Source: a virus. From it: DNA of 64,000 bases. The position numbers and the translations under genes are program-made. The notes beneath the pieces were generated by a model. It did not search any database. It was not told the origin of the DNA and worked only from the letters and a program-made list of their open reading frames with translations. The stretch spans positions 8,829 through 72,828 of IMG/VR virus record IMGVR_UViG_3300014039_000016; one strand, 5' to 3'. Shown here one piece after another: positions 30,330 through 41,429 of the stretch (its first letter is position 1; every line of letters starts with the position of its first letter).

Positions 30330-33300
30330 ATGTCAAATAAGAATAGTCAAGATATTTCTTCAGCTTTATTAGCGGCATTTGAAACTTATAGTAAAAGCAC
30401 TGCCGCATCAGTAAAAGCATCTGTTACTATTGAATGTACAATTACTAGTATTGTAGATAGAGCTGCGGGCATCTATACTGTTAAATATCAAAATAATATA
30501 TTTAATGTATATTCTAATAATGCTGACTACTCTATTAAAGATATTGTCTATGTTTTAGTTCCAGAAAATGATTTCTCAAAAAAGAAAATGATTGTAGGAC
30601 TAATAAAACATAATACGGATGAATCAGCGTCTTCCGCGGAAGAAGATTCTACAGCTAGTCAATATCTTGTAATTGCAGACAATGTTTTAGATATTAACTC
30701 AAAAGAAGTTATAAACCTTTGTTCTTTTCATACAGAAACTAAAGATGTTTTTTCAAGTAATGTGGATTCCGCGGACCAGGTTTTAATGCCAAAATATTTA
30801 AAACATTATAAAACTTATGCTTTATCTATGAAAGTAAAAACTTCATTAATAGATAGTCAAAGAGTTGGCGGAGATTATGGTATTACATTACAGCTTCCAT
30901 TCTTCAGATATAGTGAAGATAATGATAAAATGATTAATGATAAAACTTTAACATTTGATATTCATAAGATGTTAGGTAATCCATATAATTATCAAGTTTG
31001 GACACAGCAAACTTATTATTTTACATTAGAAGAAAATGATGAAGAATTTTATGATAGCCGCAGAAGTCCTATTATTTCTGCTTTTGTAAGAGACTTTAAT
31101 CAAGATGAAAATATTGATACAAATGATATTTTTATTAAAGATGTTCAATTCTTAGTTGTTCAAGCTTTAACAGAAACAGAGATGCAAGGTAATTATTTAA
31201 AAATAAAATCTGATACTGGAGAATACTTTTTAAAGAATTATTTTGAAACAAAGAAAACTTTAAAACCAATTTTAAAGATAAAAGGACAAGAGAAGAATAT
31301 CAATGGATATGATTGCTATTGGTTTGTAAAAGATGCTTCAGTTAATGCAACTAACAATCCTAACTATTGTACAAAAGGCGGACTTGGTTGGAAATGTCTT
31401 AATGAGAAAACTAAAGTTAATACAAATGACAATGGAGATACTTCTTATCAATATGTTACAAATATATACAGTTATCAAGTAAAGATAGAAGATGTTAAAA
31501 CATCATTGATTTATAAGTGTGTATTAACAAAAGATACAGAAAGAATTTCTGGTGAATTAGAAATTGTAAATCTTAATTCAGATATTAAGTTTAGTTTATA
31601 TTCAACAACAGGAAGTAATAATTTTGTAAAAAATATAGGTAAAGTAAGTCTTGCGGCAGACCTTTATTATCCAGGCATTACAGATAATGAAAATTCAACA
31701 AGTAATTTTAAATATTACTGGGATAGATACGCAAAAGACGGAACTTATTTAGATAGTAATTTCTTAACTTTTAGTGATATAAATATTAAAGAAAACGGAC
31801 ATTACATTACTAAAGGTACTTATCCAACTTCAAAAATGCAGGATAGTAATTTAATTACTTGTACCGTATTTGAAGAAAAACAGCGCGCGGATGGTAGCAT
31901 AGAGAGCATTAACCTTGGTAGTGCGGATTTAGCGGTTTCCGCAATAGATACTTATGAATATGTAACCTACTTGTATAATGCAACTAGATTATATAATTAT
32001 GATTCAGATGGAGATTCTCCTTTTTCAGAATATTATGATAAAGATACAACAAACTTAAATGAAATTGAACCAATTACATTTAAAATATATAAAGCAAATG
32101 GAAATGAATTAACAGAAACAGAATATTTAGCTGTTAATATCATTTGGAGAATACCAAAGAAATCTTTAATTAATATTAATCCTATTTTAGTTAGTGAGGA
32201 AGATGATAATTATTATTATGTTCGTGGTGAGAGAAGTCTTCCTTATACTATTGATAGTACATACAATCCTTCAAAAAGTAATAATGAGATTACTCTATAT
32301 ACTATTTTTGCAGGCGTGGAGATGTTAAATAATACATCGTTTACTTTTGTTAAAGATGGCGGAAATGGCACTAATGGTACGAACTATAGTGCAGAAATCA
32401 TTATTGATGGATATGCATATGGACAGAAAAATCCAACTACTAATGGAGTATATAAACTTTGTTATGTTTATTTTGCAGATAGCGCTAAATGGATGCTATA
32501 TGATATGCAGAATAATCAGCTAATTGATGATACAACATTAAGGACTCTTGATGTAAGAGTATTTAGTAAAGGCGAAGTAATTACCGATGATACACAATAT
32601 AGTGTAAAATGGAGCATGTTTGATGATAAAGCAACTAATCCTTGTTTTACTTTTGATGATACAAAGAATCAGTTAATTCCATCAAAAGCATTTGACCCCT
32701 CGGAAGTATATTGTAATATTCTTCAAGCAGAAGTGACAGTTACAGATACAAGTGTTGCTAATAAAAACTGGATAATTTATGCTTATTATCCTATTGAAAT
32801 TACTTATTGTGCAAAAGAGTCTGATATTATTTATACAGATGAAAATGGTAATAAGAGATGCGCAGTTCCAGTGCTTAATGGCGGATATTCAGAAGTATTA
32901 TTTGCTTCAGATGGTACAAATCCAAAATGGGATAATAGTTCTAATTTTACTATTGTAGATAACTTATATAGTATAGATAGTTCAAATGTCTATGACTATG
33001 AATGGGAAACATCAGAGAACTTAAACATTTCAGAATATAGAAGTGCAGATTTACCAGAGAATCAGAAAGTCATTGAACCTACTTCAAAATTTGATAGTGG
33101 TATTAGTAAAAACTATGTAAAAACAACACTTACTCTTGATTCGGAAACTAAGGAGAAATTAACAAAAACAAAAGAAGAATATACTAAAGAAGCAGAAGAC
33201 TATCAAACTCAAATTACTGCTTTAACAACTAATTATTCAACTTTAAAAAATGTTTTAAGCTATTTTCAATATAAACCTTGGTTAAATGTTTTAACAGAAG

Positions 33301-35765
33301 TAAAAGATTATATGTCTCTTAATAATGATATGGTTAGAACTCTGAAAGAAAGTGGAAGTCTTTTAAGTGATGTTAGTAAATATTATCAACAGCATACTGA
33401 AATTGGTGGAATTGTAACTATTGATTTTGTTACTTATAATAATTATATTAATAGAGATATTACAAACGCATTATTAGGTAAGACTTTACCAGTTTCTTTT
33501 TCAACTAGAAAGATTGATTTAACAGATAGACAGCTTGCTAGATTAAAAGAAAAACTTGATATTGCTATTTATAATGTATTTGTAAATTATGTTAATATAT
33601 ATAATGATAAGATAGAAGTAGTTCTTCAATATAAGAATCAATTAATCGCGGAAGAAGGCGGTGCTAGGAAGTACGAAAGCAAAAGAGAAAAACTCTATAG
33701 CCTTTGCTCTGGAGATTCTACTAATGCAATTGCGGAAGGGGTATATCCTGTTTCCCGCATGATATCTACTTTTGATAAGATTAAAACAGCTTACAAAAAT
33801 TCTTACGATAATTTAGTCGCATTACAAAATCATTTCACAGAAGTAAGTTCTTATTCTGAATACAGTGATATTTTTGAAAATATGAAAAAGACACTGTTAG
33901 ATTATGGAAAATTATCAGATTCAGAAGAGAATATGGAAATTAAAGAAAATTTAACACTTGATTATAATAATAAGTTAAGTTTATTATATACAGATAAAGT
34001 AGCAGCCATCGTTCAAGCTAATGCCTATGATGTATTAATTGGTGTTGAGATGAATAGAATTATTCATATTAAACCAATTATTATGCTGTATAATAGATAT
34101 GCTATGTCTAATATTAATGGTTGGGATGGTAATAAGATATATACGGGTGATGAAGACAGCTTCTTATTAGCTCCGCAAGTAGGTGCAGGTAAGAAAGACA
34201 GCAATAATAAATTCACTGGTATGGTTATGGGACTTAGAAATTTGAATAAAACATCTGCCGCGGAAGATACTCAGGTAGGTCTTTTCGGATATAGCGGTGG
34301 CGCGCAATCACTTTTCTTAAATGCAGAAGATGGTTCTGCAATATTTGGTCTTCATAAAAGAGGACAAATTATTATTGACCCATCAACATCACAAGCCTTG
34401 TTATATAGTGGTAATTTTTATAAAGAATTTGGTAAAGATGGAAAGCCAACTGGTTATTCTTCTCAGAATAGGGATAATCAAGGTATGCAGATTGATTTAA
34501 CAACACCTAAAATTGAGTTTGGTTCTGGTAATTTCATAGTTACTCCTGAAGGACATGTAACTGCAAAAGGTGGAGGCTCAATCGCAGGTTGGCAAATTGG
34601 AGACACAACTTTAACAAGTTCTAATGGGAAAATTACTTTAGATTCTAAAGATACTAAAATCTGGGGTGGAGAAAGACATTCTACTCTTGATAATACTACT
34701 GATGGATTTTATTTAGGTCCGGATGGTATTAGTATAGGTTCTTGTTTTAGAGTAAATCAAGATACTTTATTATTAGGAAGGTTAAGGAGTGATAGCCGAC
34801 ATTGGGAATTAAAATATGACGCAGAAAATAGCTATCTAGGATACGGTACAAAAGGAAGTAGTAATTCTGTTTATGTAGGAACAGATGAGATTGCTTTAGG
34901 TCGAAAATTTAGTGTTAATAATGAAGGTGAATTAACTGCAACATCAGGACACATAGGCGGATGGGAAATTGGAGATAAGAGTTTATCTTGTGATAGTAGA
35001 AGTGCTTCTATGTATAGCGGCAGTCATACCACTTTAGATTCAACATCAGGCGGATTTTATTTAAGTTCAGATGGTTTTAGTCTTGGTAAACATTTTAAAG
35101 TTGATGATGATGGCTTATTGACTGCTTCTGATATAAGTGTATCCGGAAGAATAGAAGCGTCTAGTGGTAGTATTGGTAGCTTTGATATTTCTGATGGACA
35201 TATCAGTACTAATGGTAAGACATGGAGCGGAGAAGATAATGATAGAGATGGAGTTTATATTGGTTCAGAAGGTATCTATTTAGGTGCTAATTTCTGGGTT
35301 GATATAGAAGGTAACTTACATGCAAGTAATGCAACTGTAACAGGTAATGTTACTGCTAATAGCATTGATTTTGATACAGCTTCTATCTCGGGAACTTTAT
35401 CTGCCGGACACATTAACTGTCAAGGTGTCGTAGATGCCGCGACTATTTACTGTAGTGCTGCAAATGTTACGGGAACTCTTACTGCGGGTCAAATAGATTG
35501 TCAGGGCGTCATTGATGCTGGAACAATAAGCGCTGATAAAATAACAACTGGCTCATTAAGTGTTGAACGTATTGATACTCATCAGGTTACGGGGGCTTCT
35601 GGTTCTCCTGCATGGATACCTGCTTGGATTTGGGGCGGTTCATCATGGGCTCAATATTATGTTTTAGTATGCTCAGGAACTATTCCAGGTGGCGGAGGTA
35701 CTGCACCATCTTCATTAGATTCTTCAAGTTCTGATGACGGTGATGGTGGAGGCCATAGTTTCTAA
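30330..35765 (+). CDS. Giant tail-tip or baseplate protein (1811 aa), positioned like a distal tail protein (Dit), with a C-terminal triple G-x-I-G-G-W-x-I-G-D repeat and TGTLTAGxIDCQGV repeats
   Basis: An AAAGGAGG RBS, its position right after the TMP gene, and the internal repeats. Confidence 0.55.
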   Translation: MSNKNSQDISSALLAAFETYSKSTAASVKASVTIECTITSIVDRAAGIYTVKYQNNIFNVYSNNADYSIKDIVYVLVPENDFSKKKMIVGLIKHNTDESASSAEEDSTASQYLVIADNVLDINSKEVINLCSFHTETKDVFSSNVDSADQVLMPKYLKHYKTYALSMKVKTSLIDSQRVGGDYGITLQLPFFRYSEDNDKMINDKTLTFDIHKMLGNPYNYQVWTQQTYYFTLEENDEEFYDSRRSPIISAFVRDFNQDENIDTNDIFIKDVQFLVVQALTETEMQGNYLKIKSDTGEYFLKNYFETKKTLKPILKIKGQEKNINGYDCYWFVKDASVNATNNPNYCTKGGLGWKCLNEKTKVNTNDNGDTSYQYVTNIYSYQVKIEDVKTSLIYKCVLTKDTERISGELEIVNLNSDIKFSLYSTTGSNNFVKNIGKVSLAADLYYPGITDNENSTSNFKYYWDRYAKDGTYLDSNFLTFSDINIKENGHYITKGTYPTSKMQDSNLITCTVFEEKQRADGSIESINLGSADLAVSAIDTYEYVTYLYNATRLYNYDSDGDSPFSEYYDKDTTNLNEIEPITFKIYKANGNELTETEYLAVNIIWRIPKKSLININPILVSEEDDNYYYVRGERSLPYTIDSTYNPSKSNNEITLYTIFAGVEMLNNTSFTFVKDGGNGTNGTNYSAEIIIDGYAYGQKNPTTNGVYKLCYVYFADSAKWMLYDMQNNQLIDDTTLRTLDVRVFSKGEVITDDTQYSVKWSMFDDKATNPCFTFDDTKNQLIPSKAFDPSEVYCNILQAEVTVTDTSVANKNWIIYAYYPIEITYCAKESDIIYTDENGNKRCAVPVLNGGYSEVLFASDGTNPKWDNSSNFTIVDNLYSIDSSNVYDYEWETSENLNISEYRSADLPENQKVIEPTSKFDSGISKNYVKTTLTLDSETKEKLTKTKEEYTKEAEDYQTQITALTTNYSTLKNVLSYFQYKPWLNVLTEVKDYMSLNNDMVRTLKESGSLLSDVSKYYQQHTEIGGIVTIDFVTYNNYINRDITNALLGKTLPVSFSTRKIDLTDRQLARLKEKLDIAIYNVFVNYVNIYNDKIEVVLQYKNQLIAEEGGARKYESKREKLYSLCSGDSTNAIAEGVYPVSRMISTFDKIKTAYKNSYDNLVALQNHFTEVSSYSEYSDIFENMKKTLLDYGKLSDSEENMEIKENLTLDYNNKLSLLYTDKVAAIVQANAYDVLIGVEMNRIIHIKPIIMLYNRYAMSNINGWDGNKIYTGDEDSFLLAPQVGAGKKDSNNKFTGMVMGLRNLNKTSAAEDTQVGLFGYSGGAQSLFLNAEDGSAIFGLHKRGQIIIDPSTSQALLYSGNFYKEFGKDGKPTGYSSQNRDNQGMQIDLTTPKIEFGSGNFIVTPEGHVTAKGGGSIAGWQIGDTTLTSSNGKITLDSKDTKIWGGERHSTLDNTTDGFYLGPDGISIGSCFRVNQDTLLLGRLRSDSRHWELKYDAENSYLGYGTKGSSNSVYVGTDEIALGRKFSVNNEGELTATSGHIGGWEIGDKSLSCDSRSASMYSGSHTTLDSTSGGFYLSSDGFSLGKHFKVDDDGLLTASDISVSGRIEASSGSIGSFDISDGHISTNGKTWSGEDNDRDGVYIGSEGIYLGANFWVDIEGNLHASNATVTGNVTANSIDFDTASISGTLSAGHINCQGVVDAATIYCSAANVTGTLTAGQIDCQGVIDAGTISADKITTGSLSVERIDTHQVTGASGSPAWIPAWIWGGSSWAQYYVLVCSGTIPGGGGTAPSSLDSSSSDDGDGGGHSF

Positions 35766-35795
35766 TAAAGATAATTAAAAGGAGATAAAAGGATA

Positions 35796-35975
35796 ATGGA
35801 AAAACTAAGATTAAAATTAATAGAAGATATCAATGCAAGCGGACTTCCGCTTGAAGCGATTGTTTTTGTAGTTAGAGATGTATATAGGGACGCGCAAGAG
35901 ACATATCAGAAATATCAAATTGCACAACAATCTCAAACTACAGAAGAAAAGAAAGAAGATATAGACCACCAGTAA
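35796..35975 (+). CDS. Small hypothetical protein of 59 aa, absent from the ORF track
   Basis: aaaaggagataaaaggataATG. A terminator hairpin overlaps its stop codon. Confidence 0.4.
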   Translation: MEKLRLKLIEDINASGLPLEAIVFVVRDVYRDAQETYQKYQIAQQSQTTEEKKEDIDHQ

Positions 35976-35994
35976 TGGTGGTCTTATTTTTTTG
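35964..35994 (+). terminator. Terminator (agaccacca gtaa tggtggtct followed by T8)
   Basis: Direct reading. Confidence 0.7.
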
Positions 35995-36062
35995 GTCTAA
36001 AATATGTAATTTATATTTTTTAGATTTTAAATGTAATATAGGATAGGAGGTAGCTTATCTAA

Positions 36063-36515
36063 ATGTTAGCTTTATTGAAATCTTATTCTGTTGGAGAAAT
36101 TATTATCTTCATAGTGATACTTGCTTTGGCGGTAAAGGAAGTTATCTCATTGTATCAATACTTTGCAAAAGGACTTTCTGATAGTTTTAATAACAAATAT
36201 AAAAAACAAGAAAGTCTTAATGATTTAAGTGAAAAGATAAACCAACTAACAATAATGGTTAAACAACTTCAAGAAGATAATAAACAGCAAAATAAGAAAA
36301 TCGAGAACTTAATTGATTCTGATGTACAAGATATAAGAAGTTGGATTGTGCAGCAATATCATGCATGTCAACAAGGAAAACAGCTCGACCCATTTGAAAT
36401 GGATTGCGTTGAAAGAAGATACGCTTGCTATGATAAAGAAGGCGGCAATTCATATATTCACAATCTTGTAGATGAGATTAGAAAAATGAATAATAGTCAA
36501 GAACAAGAGAAATAA
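36063..36515 (+). CDS. Membrane protein with one N-terminal TM helix and a coiled-coil
   Basis: IIIFIVILALAV is a TM segment. A GGAGG RBS. Confidence 0.45.
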   Translation: MLALLKSYSVGEIIIFIVILALAVKEVISLYQYFAKGLSDSFNNKYKKQESLNDLSEKINQLTIMVKQLQEDNKQQNKKIENLIDSDVQDIRSWIVQQYHACQQGKQLDPFEMDCVERRYACYDKEGGNSYIHNLVDEIRKMNNSQEQEK

Positions 36516-36530
36516 AAGGAGGCATCTTCG

Positions 36531-39110
36531 ATGGCAAGTAATACTTTATATGCACCAACATTGAGTAGTTATATGCCAGCTTTTCTTGCAAGTAGTAATT
36601 CTTGCAGAATATATTTTTCTCTATCTAAATTTAATACCGCCGCAGATGTTAAGTCCGCTCATATTTCAGTTGTTAAGCAGCCGAGCGGACTTAGCGTTGT
36701 TGAAACAAATTCTGGGGCGAGAATAAATAATAGATATAGAAATACTGGTATTATAGTTAATGCGGAAGTACATGCCGCAGATAATGACTTATATTATGTT
36801 GAATTATTTGGAAATGAATTAAAGAATAATAATTATGATAAAGATTCTTCTTCAGGCATAACAGCTCTTGGTCGTGTAGGTTTTACAGCCGGATGGATTT
36901 ATAAAATTCAAATTCGATTATGCGGAACGGAGAATTATACAGCTTCTTCTATTGGTTTAGCGCAATGGCTTGTTGATAATTCAAATAGTTTTTCTGAATG
37001 GTCTACAGTAACTTTGACTAAGGCTATTGATGATACAAGAATTCAGATTAATACTTTAGATTTTGATTCTTCTGTTATCAATAATGTAAATGAAGACAAG
37101 AGTTTATATTTATCAACATTAGATTTAAAAGGCAAATATAGTTGTAAAGATACAACTGAATCACTTTATTCATATCAATTAAAATTATATGGAGAAGATT
37201 ATATTTCCGCGGATTCTGATGAAGGTTTGCTAGAAGATAGCGGAATTAAATATGGAAACCAATATGAGGCAAGTCAAAATGAATTTGGACATACTTTTAA
37301 AACAGAGCTAAAAGATGGACAAAATTATACATTAGTATTTTCATACATGACTACCAACAAATATGAAAAGCAACTAATTATTCCTTTTGATGTTATAGTA
37401 GATGAGTTACCTGAAGTTGATGCGGAAGTTTATACAATAGATAGTTTTAGCCCTTATAATCATCATAAGCCTGAAACTAAGAATTTTATGCGAGATATTA
37501 CAGATTTAGCAACAGAGGAAGAAGAAGGCTATATTTGTTTAAAATTACACACAACAAGTGAAAATTTATATAATGGAGTTATCTGTTTGCGCAGAGCGGA
37601 TAGTAAAGATAACTTTAAGACATGGCAAGATATTAAAATGATTTATGTTAAAAATCAAAATATCAATGATGTTTCTGAAATATATGATTTCGCTATTGAG
37701 AGTGGTGTTTGGTATAAATATGGTATTCAGACATATTCAGAATTAGGTCGTGGAATATTAAAGTCTATGTCTGTACCTATTATAAGGAATTTTGAACATA
37801 TGTTTCTTTTAGGAGAAAATAATCAGCAATTAAAGATTGAGTTTAATCCAAAGATAAATAGTTATAAATATAATGTATCAGATGGAAAAACTGATACTAT
37901 TGGCGGCAAGTATCCATTTATTACAAGAAATGGCGCAGTTCGATATAGGACAATTCCGCTTGAAGGTCTTATCTCTTTTAATATGGACGAGAATGGACAT
38001 TTTATAACAAAAAATGAAATATATGGAGAAGAAATCGCGGATTTACATAGAGCTTATGAACAGAAACACGGAATTGATTTTTATAACTATAATTATGAAA
38101 AAGATTTTCGTGAAGAAGTATTAAAGTTTTTATTAGATGGAAAGCCAAAACTTTTCAAGTCTCCAACTGAAGGAAATATTATTCTAAGATTAATGGATGT
38201 TAGTTGTACACCAAATCAGCAATTAGCAAGAATGATATACGCTTTTACCGCAAATGGACATGAGATTGCGGAGAATACTTTAGAGAATTATTTAAAATAT
38301 AATTTCTATGACCCAGGTCAATATGGAGAAGATGAGATGTCAACAGAGATAAGACTTGGACAATATTGCGGAACTGTTAAGTTAGGAGAAAATATTCTTA
38401 CAAAAATAAAAGAGAAATATAACTTTAAAAATGAAAGTTTAAATCTCCAAGAAGAACTTATTAAGTTATCAAATGTAAGAATTGAAATCCAAAATGGAAA
38501 AGGTATTACATCTAATATTCTTCAAAAGCCTGGATATACTTTAGTATATAATAATAATGTGCCTATTAATTTATTTGGACCTAATGAAGAATACCAGTTT
38601 GATGAAATGATAGAGATTTCCGCAGATGATGATTTACATATCGTATGCGCGGAAGCTACTAATCCAAATACTACAGTTACTATACAAATGGATTATTTAT
38701 ACACTGTTTCTGTTGGTGCTTATACTGCAAAGCCAGTAAAATCAAGAATTATTAGAAGAAATATTGGACAAATATATGATGTATTTGAACCGAATACTTC
38801 TTTATATAATAATATATATTATAAATACTATATTGATTGGGATAATCAATATAGAAAGCTATATAATTTAAGTTCTATCTCTATTGAGGCAGAACCTGGA
38901 GCAACTTTTAATATTAAAACTAAAGATAATAAAGATGCTAATAGATATATTATTGGCGCAAATGGACGATTAACATTAGGAGATATTACAACTATTACTG
39001 CAATAGATTTTATTGGATACACTGCCGCAGATGGTCAGATAGAAGAAAAAGCTATGCAGATTATGCTTGATTATGTTTATAGTGTAATATCTGGTGAGTA
39101 TATAGGATAG
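36531..39110 (+). CDS. Tail or baseplate structural protein (859 aa)
   Basis: Its size and synteny. Confidence 0.45.
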   Translation: MASNTLYAPTLSSYMPAFLASSNSCRIYFSLSKFNTAADVKSAHISVVKQPSGLSVVETNSGARINNRYRNTGIIVNAEVHAADNDLYYVELFGNELKNNNYDKDSSSGITALGRVGFTAGWIYKIQIRLCGTENYTASSIGLAQWLVDNSNSFSEWSTVTLTKAIDDTRIQINTLDFDSSVINNVNEDKSLYLSTLDLKGKYSCKDTTESLYSYQLKLYGEDYISADSDEGLLEDSGIKYGNQYEASQNEFGHTFKTELKDGQNYTLVFSYMTTNKYEKQLIIPFDVIVDELPEVDAEVYTIDSFSPYNHHKPETKNFMRDITDLATEEEEGYICLKLHTTSENLYNGVICLRRADSKDNFKTWQDIKMIYVKNQNINDVSEIYDFAIESGVWYKYGIQTYSELGRGILKSMSVPIIRNFEHMFLLGENNQQLKIEFNPKINSYKYNVSDGKTDTIGGKYPFITRNGAVRYRTIPLEGLISFNMDENGHFITKNEIYGEEIADLHRAYEQKHGIDFYNYNYEKDFREEVLKFLLDGKPKLFKSPTEGNIILRLMDVSCTPNQQLARMIYAFTANGHEIAENTLENYLKYNFYDPGQYGEDEMSTEIRLGQYCGTVKLGENILTKIKEKYNFKNESLNLQEELIKLSNVRIEIQNGKGITSNILQKPGYTLVYNNNVPINLFGPNEEYQFDEMIEISADDDLHIVCAEATNPNTTVTIQMDYLYTVSVGAYTAKPVKSRIIRRNIGQIYDVFEPNTSLYNNIYYKYYIDWDNQYRKLYNLSSISIEAEPGATFNIKTKDNKDANRYIIGANGRLTLGDITTITAIDFIGYTAADGQIEEKAMQIMLDYVYSVISGEYIG

Positions 39111-39120
39111 GAGGAACTGA

Positions 39121-41412
39121 ATGAATAGCAATGATTATTTACAAGATTATTCTTTCTTAAAAGAATTAGATAATGAAAGAATAAAAGTTTATTATGTTAA
39201 AATCATTGTCTTAACATTAGATGAACTTCCTATTAGAGCTATCGAGGGAAGAGTCGGGGTTGGCTCTTCTATCTCGATAGCCGCAAATTCTGCGGTTCGT
39301 AGAACATGTAGTTTAAATTTTGTCGCGGAAGATTCTGATAATGATTTAAGCGATATTGATAACTTACTAAGTATGAATAGAAAGATTAAAATACTTATAG
39401 GTTTTGAAAATACAATTAATGATAAATATGATAAAATAGTGTGGTTTCCGCAAGGAATTTATGTTATAAATCAAATTTCTTTAACACATAGTACAACAGG
39501 AATTAATGTTTCAATCTCTTGTAAAGATAAAATGTGTTTGCTAAATGGTGAGAGTGGCGGTAATTTCCCTACTTCAGTTACATTTAATCCATATGACCAG
39601 TTATATGGCTATATGAAAATTGATTATGATAGTAATGAGATACCATTTCCCGCAGATTATAATGATTATACAATTTATGGATTCTATAGTACTGTTACAA
39701 AAAGTATTTCTTATTATTATCATAGTAAAGATACCGGTTTATGGACTGAAGGCGGAGAAGACCTAATCAATTCTACAGTTTCTATTGAAACAAGAATATA
39801 TGATATTATTCAAACAGTTGTATGTAACTATGGAGGAGAGTCTATAGATAAAATTTTAATTACTGACATTCCGCTTAGAACAAAACAATTATCTCATTAT
39901 GGTGGTTCTAATGTTTTATATTATAATAGTAAAAACAATTATTATACCACTAATGAGAAGTATGTTGCAGAAGACACAAGAAGCAATACAGAGGAGACTT
40001 CCGCATGGCAGCAATTTTCTTTCAATGAAGATGTTGGATATGAATATGTCGATTTTGTTTATCCTAAAGAGCTTACTGGCGGAATGGGAGATAATGTTTG
40101 TACTATCTTAGACACTATTGCTTCCACACTAGGTAATTATGAATACTTTTATGATATAGATGGAAATTTTGTTTTTCAAGAGAAAAAGAATTATCTTAAT
40201 AATTCTTATACTCCTGATAATTATTATAGATTAGATAATGGAAAGCCAATGGCTTTAAATAGTTTAAATAATATGGTTGTATTAGATAATACTAATTATC
40301 AAGTTGATTTTACTGGAAATACTGAATCTGTATATACTTTTAATGAAGGTAACGGGTTAATATCATCTTATTCAAATAATCCTTCTTATACAAATATTAA
40401 GAATGATTATCATATTTGGGGTAAAGATGATAATTCTAATGCTATTCATTATCATTTAGTTATAAAAGAAAAACCTAAAATAGAAAATGAATATAAAGTT
40501 ATTTTCTTAAAAAATGAAGATGGTCAGTATAATGGTAAAATTAGATTAGCTTTACCTAATGAAATAAGTGCAATGTTAGAATATAACGAGAATCAAAAAT
40601 CACTTGATATGAGCGGCAATGCCTCATTCAAATATGATGAAGAAAGTGGTACTTATATTATTGATACTAATTATTATGGTCAAGTAGATAAATCTGCATT
40701 GCAAATTGATGGTAATACAATTTATAATTATATTCCGGACGATTGGCGCGCAGAGATATATTTACAAGGTTTAACGAAATTACAAGCCTCTCAGAGACCA
40801 GACATTTATGAACAAGAATTATTAGATAATTTTAATTCTATTTATGAGTTTTGCTATTATAATGAAGATAATGAATTCATTCCGCATGGTCGTTTTAAAG
40901 AAGATGTATTTAAACCAAATAATTTAAAATACTATATTGATTATTTAGAGCCAGTTGACAGTATGTATGATTTTTCTGTTGATGCTATCAATAGCAAGAT
41001 ATATACCTATCAGCAAGATAGTATTAAGAAAATTTATGATAGAGATGTTCCAAATGTTATTTTAATAGATATTAATGATGAACAAAGAGATTCTCTTATA
41101 AAAGAATGTGAATTAGCAGGACAAACCTATTCAAATATTGATTCTGCATTGTTTAAAAATATTATTCCAACAACAGTAGGATACTCTGCTGCGGAAATAG
41201 CTAGACAAGCATTATATCAATATATTACTTATAATGAATCAATTTCACTTCAAAGTAGACCTATTTACTATTTAGATGTAAATAGAAGAATTACAGTAGA
41301 AGATAAAGCATCAAAGATATCAGGAGATTATATTATATCATCTATCTCAATGCCATTAGATGCGTCTGGTAATATGTCTATAACAGCCACTCGCGCAGCA
41401 GATAGATTATAA
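39121..41412 (+). CDS. Tail or baseplate structural protein (763 aa)
   Basis: Its size and synteny. Confidence 0.45.
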   Translation: MNSNDYLQDYSFLKELDNERIKVYYVKIIVLTLDELPIRAIEGRVGVGSSISIAANSAVRRTCSLNFVAEDSDNDLSDIDNLLSMNRKIKILIGFENTINDKYDKIVWFPQGIYVINQISLTHSTTGINVSISCKDKMCLLNGESGGNFPTSVTFNPYDQLYGYMKIDYDSNEIPFPADYNDYTIYGFYSTVTKSISYYYHSKDTGLWTEGGEDLINSTVSIETRIYDIIQTVVCNYGGESIDKILITDIPLRTKQLSHYGGSNVLYYNSKNNYYTTNEKYVAEDTRSNTEETSAWQQFSFNEDVGYEYVDFVYPKELTGGMGDNVCTILDTIASTLGNYEYFYDIDGNFVFQEKKNYLNNSYTPDNYYRLDNGKPMALNSLNNMVVLDNTNYQVDFTGNTESVYTFNEGNGLISSYSNNPSYTNIKNDYHIWGKDDNSNAIHYHLVIKEKPKIENEYKVIFLKNEDGQYNGKIRLALPNEISAMLEYNENQKSLDMSGNASFKYDEESGTYIIDTNYYGQVDKSALQIDGNTIYNYIPDDWRAEIYLQGLTKLQASQRPDIYEQELLDNFNSIYEFCYYNEDNEFIPHGRFKEDVFKPNNLKYYIDYLEPVDSMYDFSVDAINSKIYTYQQDSIKKIYDRDVPNVILIDINDEQRDSLIKECELAGQTYSNIDSALFKNIIPTTVGYSAAEIARQALYQYITYNESISLQSRPIYYLDVNRRITVEDKASKISGDYIISSISMPLDASGNMSITATRAADRL

Positions 41413-41429
41413 TATTAGAAAGGAGAATA

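Noticed and set aside
13849-35795. Recurring gagataaaaggaga(at) string upstream of three genes (13849, 16324, 35780) as a late-promoter motif
   Set aside because: It is explained as the local A-rich Shine-Dalgarno context (AAAGGAG) and carries no extra conserved positions beyond the RBS.
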